DNA of 35,028 nucleotides, taken from the NCBI GenBank assembly GCA_047617745.1, contig JBLGBN010000006.1:1-35028 (forward strand). Reading direction: 5' to 3'. This document shows positions 1 to 8,613 of the stretch, one piece after another. Under the pieces are notes generated by a model. The model had not been told where the DNA came from. It did not search any database and saw nothing but the letters and a program-made list of their open reading frames with translations. Origin of the DNA: Candidatus Nanohaloarchaea archaeon (GTDB lineage Archaea > Nanohalarchaeota > Nanosalinia > Nanosalinales > Nanosalinaceae). Both the position numbers and the translations under genes were made by a program. The stretch's first letter is position 1. Each line of letters opens with the position of its first letter.

Positions 1-2
1 CA

Positions 3-365
3 CTAAGCTCAATAAACAACGCAGCAAGACAGGGCAAAACACACGCAAAAGTAAGCCCTACAAGCAACCTGATCCAGAACGTCCTGCTAAAACTTCAGGA
101 AGAAGGATATGTAGGAGTCTTCGAACTGATCGAAGACGGGAAAGGCGGAAAGTTCAAGGTAGAAGTTGAATCAGACGTCAACAAATGCGAACCAATCAAG
201 CCGAACTTCTACGTAGGAAGCGACGAATACACCAAATGGGCAAAAAGATACCTGCCAGCCCAGGGATTCGGAAAAATCATTGTAACAACACCTGAAGGAG
301 TTCTCACCCACGAAGAAGCAGTAGAGAAAAACGTGGGAGGAAAACTCCTGGGATACGTCTACTGA
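3..365 (+). CDS. rps8: 30S ribosomal protein S8 (uS8), 5'-truncated by window edge
   Basis: Manual translation of frame 3: LSSINNAARQGK...EEGYVGVFELIEDGKGGKFKVE...LPAQGFGKIIVTTPEGVLTHEEA...VGGKLLGYVY*; lies directly before L6. Confidence 0.95.
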   Translation, partial: LSSINNAARQGKTHAKVSPTSNLIQNVLLKLQEEGYVGVFELIEDGKGGKFKVEVESDVNKCEPIKPNFYVGSDEYTKWAKRYLPAQGFGKIIVTTPEGVLTHEEAVEKNVGGKLLGYVY

Positions 366-374
366 GTGATACAG

Positions 375-905
375 ATGAGCGAAACACAGAAAATCGAACT
401 ACCTGAAGGATTCAACGCAGAATACGAAGACGGAATCCTCACAGTAGAAGGAAACGGAGAAGAAGTAGGAAAGAAACTACAGCACGCACTCGTCGATGTA
501 GAAGTAGACGGAGACGAAATAGTTTTCTCAACAGACGAAAGCAGAAGAGATATCGAAAGCGTGGTAAGCACATTCAGAAGCCACACAGAAAACATGGTAG
601 AAGGGCTTCAGAACGAACATGTTTACAAGATGAAGGGTGTCTACGCACACTTCCCTATGACAATCAAACAGGAATCCAACAAAGTCCTGATTGAAAATTT
701 CATGGGAGAAAGAAAACCACGAGAAATCAATATTGAAGAAGGAGTAACAGTAGAGGTAGACGGAGAAGACCTTACGATCAGAGGCGCCGACAAAGACGCA
801 GTAAGCCAGACAGCAGGAAAGATCGAACAGGCATGTAAGAAAGGCGACAGAGATCCTCGAACGTTCCAGGACGGAGTCTACATAACAAGCAGAGGTGAAG
901 AATAA
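375..905 (+). CDS. rpl6: 50S ribosomal protein L6 (uL6)
   Basis: VYAHFPM, IENFMGE, DPRTFQDGVYI motifs; ATG 375 preferred over GTG 366. Confidence 0.95.
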   Translation: MSETQKIELPEGFNAEYEDGILTVEGNGEEVGKKLQHALVDVEVDGDEIVFSTDESRRDIESVVSTFRSHTENMVEGLQNEHVYKMKGVYAHFPMTIKQESNKVLIENFMGERKPREINIEEGVTVEVDGEDLTIRGADKDAVSQTAGKIEQACKKGDRDPRTFQDGVYITSRGEE

Positions 906-1261
906 TGAGCAAGAAAAAGAAGAAATTCAAGAGAGAAAACAGTCACAAAAAGGTTCAGACACCGGAATCATGGAGAAGACCGAAAGGTAAGCACTCCAGA
1001 GTAAGACTTGAAGTAAACGGCGCACCTGCAAAACCAAAGGCAGGATACCGTACAGACAAGGAAATCAGAGGACTTCACCCATCAGGCTACGAAGAAGTAC
1101 TCGTACACAACACAGAAGACCTCGAAGACATCGACCCAGAAACCGAAGCAGCAAGAATCGGTTCAACAGTCGGCGGAAAGAAAAGAGCAAAGATAATTGA
1201 AAAAGCTGAGGAAGAAGAAATCAAACTACTCAACGGGAAAACCGAAGGTGAAGAAGAATGA
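905..1261 (+). CDS. rpl32e: 50S ribosomal protein L32e
   Basis: WRRPKGKHS, RGLHPSGYEEVLVHN, IGSTVGGKKR; operon position. Confidence 0.95.
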   Translation: MSKKKKKFKRENSHKKVQTPESWRRPKGKHSRVRLEVNGAPAKPKAGYRTDKEIRGLHPSGYEEVLVHNTEDLEDIDPETEAARIGSTVGGKKRAKIIEKAEEEEIKLLNGKTEGEEE

Positions 1262-1701
1262 CAGATCTAAAGTCACAGAAGAGAATGGCCGCAGAAGTAA
1301 TGGATGTCGGAGAATCAAGAGTAAGAATCGATCCTGAAGAGCAGGAAAAAGTAGAGGAAGCAATCACAAGAAACGACATCAGAAACCTGATCGAGTCAGG
1401 AGTAATCGAGAAAAGAGATGTTAAAGGAACCTCCAAGGCCCGAAGCAAGAAGATCAAGAAACAGAAAGCCAAGGGAAGAAGAAAAGGGCACGGAAACCGG
1501 AAAGGGAAGAAGACAGCAAGAAAAGGATCAAAGGAGAAATGGATGGAGAACATAAGAGCCATCAGATCCCGACTGAAAGAGATGAAGGAAGAAGACGAAG
1601 TCGACAACGACACATACTGGGATCTTTACAACATGGCGAAAGGAGGGTTCTTCAGAGACACAAACCACCTAGAAAACCACGTGGAGAACAAACTTGAGTG
1701 A
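1258..1701 (+). CDS. rpl19e: 50S ribosomal protein L19e
   Basis: DLKSQKRMAA, AITRNDIRNLI, GRRKGHGNRKG, YNMAKGGFF. Confidence 0.95.
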   Translation: MTDLKSQKRMAAEVMDVGESRVRIDPEEQEKVEEAITRNDIRNLIESGVIEKRDVKGTSKARSKKIKKQKAKGRRKGHGNRKGKKTARKGSKEKWMENIRAIRSRLKEMKEEDEVDNDTYWDLYNMAKGGFFRDTNHLENHVENKLE

Positions 1702-1706
1702 TATCA

Positions 1707-2213
1707 ATGGCAGAAAATACAAACTACGAAGTACCATTCAGAAGGAGAAGAGAACAGAAAACCGACTACAAGCAGAGAAGAAACCTGCTTAAATCAGGTA
1801 AGCCAAGGGCAGTAGTAAGACTCTCAAACAACCATACTAGAGTACACTTCTCTCACTACGAAAGAGACGGGGACAGAAACACAGCACAGACAATCAGCAA
1901 AGAACTCGAAGAATACGGATGGGAACACCACACAGGCAACCTCCCCGCCGCATACCTGACAGGATTCCTGGCAGGAAAGAAAGCAGATGTAGACGAAGCA
2001 GTACTCGACCTAGGACTCAAAGAAACCAAGAAAGGAGGCAAAATGTTCGCAGCACTCCAGGGAATGATCGACGCAGGAGTAGAAATTCCAGCAGGAGAGG
2101 AAGTAATCCCAGAAGAATCAAGGCTCAGAGGCGAACACATCGAGGAAATGACAGGTAAAAACGTACCAGAAAACTTTGAAACAGTCAAAGAAAACATCGA
2201 AGGTGAATTCTAA
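1707..2213 (+). CDS. rpl18: 50S ribosomal protein L18 (uL18)
   Basis: FRRRREQKTDYKQR, GNLPAAYLTG, AVLDLGL. Confidence 0.95.
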   Translation: MAENTNYEVPFRRRREQKTDYKQRRNLLKSGKPRAVVRLSNNHTRVHFSHYERDGDRNTAQTISKELEEYGWEHHTGNLPAAYLTGFLAGKKADVDEAVLDLGLKETKKGGKMFAALQGMIDAGVEIPAGEEVIPEESRLRGEHIEEMTGKNVPENFETVKENIEGEF

Positions 2214-2875
2214 TGGCAGAACAGGAAACAGAAGAAGAGGAGATCTGGAAACCGAAGACCAAGCTCGGAAGAATGGTCGCAAACGGCCAGATAACAAGCA
2301 TAGTAGAAGCACTGGAAACAGACTACAAACTCATGGAAGCAGAGCTAGTAGACCAGCTAGAAGAACTTGAAGAAGAAGTAATACTGATCGGAGGAACACC
2401 AGGAAAGGGAGGCGGAAAAAGAAGAACAGTCTCCAAAAGAACAGCAAGAATGCACAAATCCGGCGAAAGATACTCCACAAAAGCAATGTCCGTACTAGGA
2501 AACCGAAGAAACGTAATCGGACTCGGAGAAGGAACAGCAAACGACACGAGAGCAGCAATCGAAGACGCAAACCGGAAAGCAAAACTCAACCTCATACAAG
2601 TAACACAGGGATGCGGATCCTGGGAATGCGGATGTGGAACAGACCACACAGTACCTTTCGAGGTAGAAGGAAGCTCAGGCTCAGTAACAGTAACAGTCAA
2701 ACCGGCACCGAAAGGAATCGGACTTGCATGCTCAGACGAACTCAAGAAAATGTTCGAACTAGCAGGATACACAGACGTATGGGTAAACGCAAGAGGAACA
2801 ACAAGAACCCGTGAAAACCTTATGAAAGCAGCCTTCAACGCATTAAAGAAGGTAAACGAATACAAGAGGGAGTAA
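2213..2875 (+). CDS. rps5: 30S ribosomal protein S5 (uS5)
   Basis: WKPKTKLGRMV, GCGSWECGCGTDHTVPF, PAPKGIGL, AGYTDVW. Confidence 0.95.
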   Translation: MAEQETEEEEIWKPKTKLGRMVANGQITSIVEALETDYKLMEAELVDQLEELEEEVILIGGTPGKGGGKRRTVSKRTARMHKSGERYSTKAMSVLGNRRNVIGLGEGTANDTRAAIEDANRKAKLNLIQVTQGCGSWECGCGTDHTVPFEVEGSSGSVTVTVKPAPKGIGLACSDELKKMFELAGYTDVWVNARGTTRTRENLMKAAFNALKKVNEYKRE

Positions 2876-2878
2876 AAA

Positions 2879-3226
2879 ATGATAGCAGCAGTAAAAGTCA
2901 GAGGAAGCATCGACGCAAGACAGAAAGCAAAGAGAACACTCCAAGATCTTAACATGGAGAAAAGAAATCAGTGCGTAGTATTCGAAGACACTGACTCCAT
3001 AAAAGGAATGCTCAACACCGCTAAAGACTACATCACATACGGAGAAATAAGCGAAGAAGTAGTAGAAAAGCTTGAAGAGAGAAAAGGAGAAAAACTCGAA
3101 AACGGAGACACAGTAAACCTAGCACCTCCAACAGGCGGATTCAGAGATACCAAAAAACAGGTAGGACAGGGCGGAAGCCTTGGCGAAAGAGAAAACATGG
3201 ATGAAATCATCCAGAAAATGGTTTAA
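2879..3226 (+). CDS. rpl30: 50S ribosomal protein L30 (uL30), short form
   Basis: IAAVKVRG, GMLNTAKDYITYGEI, LAPPTGGF; between S5 and L15. Confidence 0.9.
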   Translation: MIAAVKVRGSIDARQKAKRTLQDLNMEKRNQCVVFEDTDSIKGMLNTAKDYITYGEISEEVVEKLEERKGEKLENGDTVNLAPPTGGFRDTKKQVGQGGSLGERENMDEIIQKMV

Positions 3227-3238
3227 GGTGAACAAGCA

Positions 3239-3679
3239 ATGACAAAAAGACGCTCAAAGAAGAACAAGTCAGGAAGCCACGGCCACGGATCAAGTAAGAA
3301 AAACAGAGGAGCAGGAAACCGTGGAGGAAGAGGAAACGCTGGCCGAGGTAAGAAAGCCAAGCACGAAAAGATGACCAAAGATGGTCTCCACAAACTCGGA
3401 GAGAAAGGAGAAGGATTCAAAGACGCAGAAGACCAGACAGGGATCAACCTTCGAGACATTGACCAGAGAATCGAAACTTTTGTCGAAGCTGGAGTAGCAG
3501 AGGAAACAGATGACGGATATGTTTTCAACGCAGAAGAAGCAGGATACGAGAAAATTCTCGGCGGCGGAAAACTTACACAGGAAATAGAGATCCACGCAGA
3601 GAAGTTCTCATCAACAGCTGAAGACAAGATTGAAGAAGCAGGAGCCAAAGCAGTTAAAGTAGGAGACGACGAAGAGTAA
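3239..3679 (+). CDS. rpl15: 50S ribosomal protein L15 (uL15)
   Basis: HGHGSSKKNRGAGNRGGRGNAG, KILGGG, FSSTAEDKIEEAG. Confidence 0.95.
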   Translation: MTKRRSKKNKSGSHGHGSSKKNRGAGNRGGRGNAGRGKKAKHEKMTKDGLHKLGEKGEGFKDAEDQTGINLRDIDQRIETFVEAGVAEETDDGYVFNAEEAGYEKILGGGKLTQEIEIHAEKFSSTAEDKIEEAGAKAVKVGDDEE

Positions 3680-3728
3680 CCGTTAATATACTCTGATTTC
3701 AACTATCCATTAAGAGGTCCAAAACTAG

Positions 3729-5174
3729 ATGTCAGTACTACTACAGGCGGCAAGCTATCTCCCAAGCGTAGAGGAACCGGAGAAAGAGCAGACGTTAAAG
3801 CAGATGCTGACATGGACCGGCATCGTACTTGTACTATACTTTGTTCTAGGATCAATCGACATATATGGAGCTAACTCACAGGCAGTACAGCAGGCACTTA
3901 ACAGCCTGCAGACATTCCAGACACTGCTTGGAGCACAGATCGGATCGATAATCACGCTGGGTATTGGACCAATTGTAACAGCATCGATTGTCCTCCAGAT
4001 GATGGTAGGATCCGAGCTGCTTCCATGGGACACAAATACACAGGAAGGACAGCAGAAATTCCAGGCGACACAGAAACTACTAGCCTATGTACTAACAATA
4101 GTACAGGCATTCGGATACGTACTATCCGGGACATTCGGAAACATCGCAGGAGACCCAGCGCTAATCCTATTACTCGCAGGCCAGATCTCTCTCGGAGGAT
4201 GGCTGATCATCATGATGGACGACCTTGTCCAGAAATGGGGCTTCGGATCAGGAGTAGGACTATTCATTGCAGCAGGAGTATCCAAACAGGTATACGTAGC
4301 AATCATATCCCCACTGACAACCTCCGGAACACTATACTGGATGGTTGACGGAAACCCTGTAGGAGCAATATTCAGATTCGCAACAACACTTGAATTTACC
4401 TCACTAATACCGATAGTATCAACAGCAGCCGTATTCGCAGCAGTAGTGTACATGCAGATAATGAAAGTGGAGATACCATTGACATTCGGAAATGTCAGAG
4501 GATTCGGACAGAAATGGCCACTCAAATTCCTTTATACCTCAAACATGCCTGTAATTTTAATCGCAGCACTGGTTTCCAACTTCCAGATCCTGGGAACAAC
4601 TCTTGCCGGATCAGATGGATGCAGCATCCTCGGATGCGTTAACTCGCAGGGACAGGCATCATCCGGACTAATAGGTCTACTAACAGCACCACAGCAGTTC
4701 GCGACCAACCTGATCTCAGGAGGATTCGGCAGCATAAATATACTAAGTGAAGCAACAATAGCCGGTTTAAGCTTCCCAGTGTTAAGCACACAGACAGGAA
4801 GCCTCTTCCACGTGCTATTTTACCTATCAGTCTACACGTTCGGATCCATGCTGTTCTCAATCTTCTGGGTAAAAACCAGTGGACAGGACGCAGATGCAGT
4901 AGCAGATCAGATACAGCAAACCGGTATGAAAGTACCAGGATTCAGGAAAGACAAGAGAGTTATCAAGAAAGTACTAAACAGGTACATCCCAGGACTTACA
5001 ATCCTGTCAGGACTCGCAGTTGGTCTCCTAGCAGGACTTGCAAACATGACACAGGCAGCCGGAGGAGGAACCGGTATTCTGCTGACAGTCATGATCCTCT
5101 ACAGACTGTATGAACAGCTGGCACAGAAACACATGGAAGAACTCCACCCTGCCATGAAGGACTTCATGCAGTAA
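3729..5174 (+). CDS. secY: Preprotein translocase subunit SecY
   Basis: About 10 TM segments; LGIGPIVTASIVLQ, GFGSGVGLFIAAG, PLKFLYTSNMPVI, GTGILLTV. Confidence 0.97.
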   Translation: MSVLLQAASYLPSVEEPEKEQTLKQMLTWTGIVLVLYFVLGSIDIYGANSQAVQQALNSLQTFQTLLGAQIGSIITLGIGPIVTASIVLQMMVGSELLPWDTNTQEGQQKFQATQKLLAYVLTIVQAFGYVLSGTFGNIAGDPALILLLAGQISLGGWLIIMMDDLVQKWGFGSGVGLFIAAGVSKQVYVAIISPLTTSGTLYWMVDGNPVGAIFRFATTLEFTSLIPIVSTAAVFAAVVYMQIMKVEIPLTFGNVRGFGQKWPLKFLYTSNMPVILIAALVSNFQILGTTLAGSDGCSILGCVNSQGQASSGLIGLLTAPQQFATNLISGGFGSINILSEATIAGLSFPVLSTQTGSLFHVLFYLSVYTFGSMLFSIFWVKTSGQDADAVADQIQQTGMKVPGFRKDKRVIKKVLNRYIPGLTILSGLAVGLLAGLANMTQAAGGGTGILLTVMILYRLYEQLAQKHMEELHPAMKDFMQ

Positions 5175-5253
5175 TCAGATTACCACTCCCGACTTCTAAC
5201 AAACCGGAAAGCTTTGGTTTAAAAGGCTTCACTGCCTAAAATATTTTCACAGC

Positions 5254-5991
5254 ATGGTATCGATACAGGGAATACTAACCGCACTTTTCGGGTTCTACGA
5301 CACAGTTTTCCAGCCAGTGCTTTCACTCGGGCCATATCTTTCACTCGCAGTTTTCTCCGGAATGCTGGCAGGAGTATTCTCCGTCATCTACTGGATTTTA
5401 CTCGATATTGAGAAGAACAAGAAGCTGAAAGAGAAGATAAGCAACACACAGGAAAAGATGAAGGAGGCCCGGAAAAACGACAACACCGACAAGGCTTCAG
5501 ACCATATGCAGAAGACCATGGAGCTAAACCAGAAGATGATGATGCTCAACTTCAAGCCGATGATCGCCACCATGGTATTCGTCGGTTTAATCTTCCCATG
5601 GCTTGGAGCAACCTTTGCGCCGACAATTGAAATGACACAGGTCGATAATACGACTTACACCGGCAATTTCAGCTACGCCGGAGAAACAACCCGGATAACC
5701 GTTATCAACGAGACGGAACCTGTACTCCAAGTGAATGGGGAAGAGATTAATCAAGGAGAGAAGTTCAGACACCAAGGAATCAGCTGGAATTTCCAGAGAT
5801 TTGGAGAAAGCAGCGGCGGTTTCCTAGGGTTAACAGGGAGCAACGGTATTACCACAAAACTGGCGGCAGTCTTCATACCGCTACCCTTCTCAATACCGCT
5901 TGCAGGAACAGCGCTGAACTGGCTTGGATTCTACATCCTGATAGCAATGCCACTGACCTTCATCTTCAGGAAAGCATTAGGCGTACAGTAA
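5254..5991 (+). CDS. DUF106/EMC3-TMCO1 (Oxa1 superfamily) membrane protein
   Basis: TM, coiled coil, 'MMLNFKPM', C-terminal WLGFYIL...FRKALG; conserved position after secY. Confidence 0.85.
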   Translation: MVSIQGILTALFGFYDTVFQPVLSLGPYLSLAVFSGMLAGVFSVIYWILLDIEKNKKLKEKISNTQEKMKEARKNDNTDKASDHMQKTMELNQKMMMLNFKPMIATMVFVGLIFPWLGATFAPTIEMTQVDNTTYTGNFSYAGETTRITVINETEPVLQVNGEEINQGEKFRHQGISWNFQRFGESSGGFLGLTGSNGITTKLAAVFIPLPFSIPLAGTALNWLGFYILIAMPLTFIFRKALGVQ

Positions 5992-6031
5992 AGAACAAAA
6001 CTGTTTAAAGCTGAGACATAAAACCAGGAAT

Positions 6032-6658
6032 ATGTTCCGGGAAGCACTTGAATACCCGACAAAATCAGATGACGCCGTAAGAGAGTACGGTATAGCTATC
6101 CTCCTCACATTTGGATCAATATTTGTAATACCGTTCTTCATGCTGCTTGGGTACTACACCAAGGCTATAAGACAGACACCGGAAGGTGAAGAAAATATAC
6201 CGGTATTCACCGACTTCGTTGACCTGATGGTTGACGGCTTCAAGTTTTTCGGTATAATGATATCCTACATTCTAGCGCCGATAATTCTGATCTCAGTCCC
6301 AGAAATGGTCGGTTTAACAGGAAGCATAGGCACAGCAGGCGAAGTATTTGGGCTGCTCCTCTTACTAGCAGCTCTCTACATGATGCCATCAGCACTTGTT
6401 AACTTCGCCAGAAACGACCAGGTGAGGTCAGGATTCAATCTGAAAGAGGTCGGAGGAAAGGCATTCAGACCAGTTTACTTCAAAGGTTTCTTGATGCTGA
6501 TAGGCGCACTTATGCTGATCTCAATTGCACAGATAACAGTGATGCTAGTACTATTCTTCACAATAATCGGGATACCTGCACTCCTTATAGCGATGCCTGC
6601 AATGAGATTCTACGAGAACCTTGTCTACTCAAGAATAATTGCAGAGATGGCTGAGTAG
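6032..6658 (+). CDS. DUF4013-like multi-pass membrane protein
   Basis: MFREALEYP, IPFFMLLGY, P-x-F-x-DF...DGFK, P-x-ALVNFA pattern. Confidence 0.7.
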   Translation: MFREALEYPTKSDDAVREYGIAILLTFGSIFVIPFFMLLGYYTKAIRQTPEGEENIPVFTDFVDLMVDGFKFFGIMISYILAPIILISVPEMVGLTGSIGTAGEVFGLLLLLAALYMMPSALVNFARNDQVRSGFNLKEVGGKAFRPVYFKGFLMLIGALMLISIAQITVMLVLFFTIIGIPALLIAMPAMRFYENLVYSRIIAEMAE

Positions 6659-6707
6659 GAACTCTGGCACGTCCTGATTAAAAAGAATTCAGTTCAACTT
6701 TTCTTTC

Positions 6708-7670
6708 ATGAAATCCGCCGAATGGTACACAAAAGAAGAAGCAGAAACAGACCCAGAGTTCGGCAGTATACCAGAAGAACGGAACATAGAAGAACTCATG
6801 GATAAAGGAATCCTGCTTGTAGACAAACCATTCGGACCTCAAAGCAACCAGGTATCAACATGGATAAAGAAAGAACTTGACCTGAAAAAAGCCGGACACT
6901 TCGGCACCCTAGATCCTAATGCAACAGGCGTTCTACCGATCGGCATTAACAAAGGTACAAGAGCGAGCAAGGCGATGAGTAAGGCCGACAAAGAATACGT
7001 GTTCGAGGCAGAACTCAAGGAAGAAAAAAACGAGGACGAAGTAAGAGAAGCTCTCAACAGCTTCGAAGGAACAAATACTCAAACACCGCCGGAAAAAAGC
7101 GCAGTAAAGCGGGAAGAGAGGGAGAGAGAAGTATACGAAACCGAACTACTCGAAGTACAGGACAAAAGGGTACTCGGAAGGGTTAAATGTGAATCAGGTT
7201 TCTACGTAAGAGTCCTGATCAGACAGCTAGGAGAAAAGCTCAATACAGAAGCGGAGATGGCAGAATTAAGGAGGACTCAGCAGGCAAATATATCGGAGGA
7301 AGAAACAAATACACTTCAGGAGATAGTTGACGCATACCACTATTACAACGAAGGTTCAGAAGAAGAGCTTAGAAAAGTTCTATATCCAATAGAAAAGGCG
7401 ATCAGTCATCTTAGAAAAGTTGCAATCAAAGACTCTGCAGTGAACGCAGTCGCAAACGGTGCCGACTTGGGAGCCGGCGGTATCTCAAAGCTCCAGGACG
7501 GTATCCAGAGAGGTGAGAGGATAGCAATCACCACACTCAAAGGCGAACTCATAGCACTTGCAACCGCAGAGATGACATCAGAGCAGATGTTCGACAATGA
7601 AGGGACAGCAGGCGCCCTTGAGTCCGTACATATGAACCCAGAAACATACCCCAAAAGATGGAAACAATAA
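6708..7670 (+). CDS. cbf5: H/ACA RNA-guided pseudouridine synthase Cbf5
   Basis: VDKPFGPQS, GHFGTLDP (catalytic Asp), CESGFYVR, ELRRT, C-terminal PUA (IKDSAVNAVANGA), YPKRWK. Confidence 0.95.
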   Translation: MKSAEWYTKEEAETDPEFGSIPEERNIEELMDKGILLVDKPFGPQSNQVSTWIKKELDLKKAGHFGTLDPNATGVLPIGINKGTRASKAMSKADKEYVFEAELKEEKNEDEVREALNSFEGTNTQTPPEKSAVKREEREREVYETELLEVQDKRVLGRVKCESGFYVRVLIRQLGEKLNTEAEMAELRRTQQANISEEETNTLQEIVDAYHYYNEGSEEELRKVLYPIEKAISHLRKVAIKDSAVNAVANGADLGAGGISKLQDGIQRGERIAITTLKGELIALATAEMTSEQMFDNEGTAGALESVHMNPETYPKRWKQ

Positions 7671-7692
7671 ACGCCAGTTGCTCCCACCCTAA

Positions 7693-7698
7693 TTTAAA
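7693..7698 (+). promoter_or_regulatory. Probable TATA box for the leader/tRNA-Ser transcript
   Basis: TTTAAA about 30 nt before the first hairpin of the structured leader. Confidence 0.45.
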
Positions 7699-7726
7699 GT
7701 TTCTACCAGCTTCTAAATATATCTGA

Positions 7727-7831
7727 AAGCTGCCCTGTGTAGCTTGAGATGATCAAACTCTCTAATTGAGTTTGTACCGGAGGTGCGAAACTCTAAAGAG
7801 TTTCTGTGCCCCGACCAAATCCCAAGGATTT
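7727..7831 (+). ncRNA. Putative structured RNA (four tandem hairpins) leading into tRNA-Ser
   Basis: Stems 7727-33/7739-45, 7754-60/7768-74, 7778-93/7798-7813, 7816-22/7826-32. Confidence 0.4.
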
Positions 7832-7918
7832 GCCGGAGTGACTGAGTGGCTAAAGGTGCCGGTCTTGAGAACCGGTGGGACATCTGCTCCCTCCTGGGTT
7901 CAAATCCCAGCTCCGGCG
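7832..7918 (+). tRNA. tRNA-Ser(TGA)
   Basis: Acceptor GCCGGAG/CTCCGGC+G73; anticodon arm CCGGT-CTTGAGA-ACCGG; long variable arm; T-loop TTCAAAT. Confidence 0.95.
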
Positions 7919-7965
7919 TGTAGTCTCAGTTTAAAAGAATTCAAGTCCATTTTAAATTCAGACAT

Positions 7966-8102
7966 AGCCCCCTGGTGTAGTGGTCAAAGTCGAAAATCTC
8001 CTTATTGAGATTTTCTCGACGCACACTTGGTATCGGGATATCGACGGCCAATCATGAGAGGCCCTGGCCCTCTCGACACAGGTTCGAATCCTGTGGGGGC
8101 TA
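7966..8102 (+). tRNA. tRNA-Gln(CTG) with 64-nt intron at position 21/22 (7988-8051)
   Basis: Acceptor AGCCCCC/GGGGGCT (A1-U72); BHB-like GGTC-AAA-GTCGA...TCGAC-GGCC-AAT; splicing gives a 73-nt cloverleaf with anticodon CTG at 8064-8066. Confidence 0.88.
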
Positions 8103-8104
8103 TT

Positions 8105-8512
8105 CTACATTATCAGTTCCTGCTTCAGCTCCTTCTTCAATTCGTTGATATCTGTCGGCAGCTCTTTAGGATCAAAGAAAATTATATCCTCAATAACAGG
8201 ACCCATACACTGCGCCTGGAGGTAGCGTTTCACTTTACTCTTTTTATCTGCTGGAGCTAGATCGGTTTCCACCTCGTAGATATGCGCGGTATCCGCATCA
8301 AGTAAGTCGACTATCCATCCACTAGGTATCTCAACTTCCGTCCTGACCTCATGGCCGTTATCGCTTAAAATCTCGTAAATTGCGCTTTTAACCATGAAAT
8401 GCCGGTAATCATCGCCGTGTCGGTTGACACCAGAGTACTTGTTCCAGTCCTTGTGCCCTCCGCATTTCTTGATTATGCTCATCTTCTGTTTGTAAAGTTC
8501 TTTGTCGTTCAT
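8105..8512 (-). CDS. Hypothetical protein, possible PD-(D/E)xK nuclease fold
   Basis: H-x3-K helix then G-x-EVRTE...IVDLL...IYEVET spacing; less acidic than its neighbours. Confidence 0.55.
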   Translation of the reverse strand: MNDKELYKQKMSIIKKCGGHKDWNKYSGVNRHGDDYRHFMVKSAIYEILSDNGHEVRTEVEIPSGWIVDLLDADTAHIYEVETDLAPADKKSKVKRYLQAQCMGPVIEDIIFFDPKELPTDINELKKELKQELIM

Positions 8513-8613
8513 CAGAAATTATTCCTCTTTAAGCCCTAACTAACTGTAGAAGAGGTACGCTTAACAGTATCAGGTTTCTTAAGAGTTCGACCCTCTTTTT
8601 GGTATACAGCTAT

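Noticed and set aside
359..5092. Many antisense and alternate-frame ORFs over the ribosomal operon and secY
   Set aside because: Shadow ORFs caused by biased codon usage; they fully overlap well-supported genes
7724..7831. Leader as RNase P RNA, SRP RNA, C/D RNA or a multi-intron/split tRNA
   Set aside because: No GAGGAAAGUCC or CR-V motif, no SRP helix-8 motif, only imperfect ATGATCA/CCGA boxes, and no T-loop after removing hairpins
7766..8260. ORFs 7766-8008 and 8027-8260
   Set aside because: They overlap tRNA-Ser and tRNA-Gln and have non-ATG starts with atypical composition
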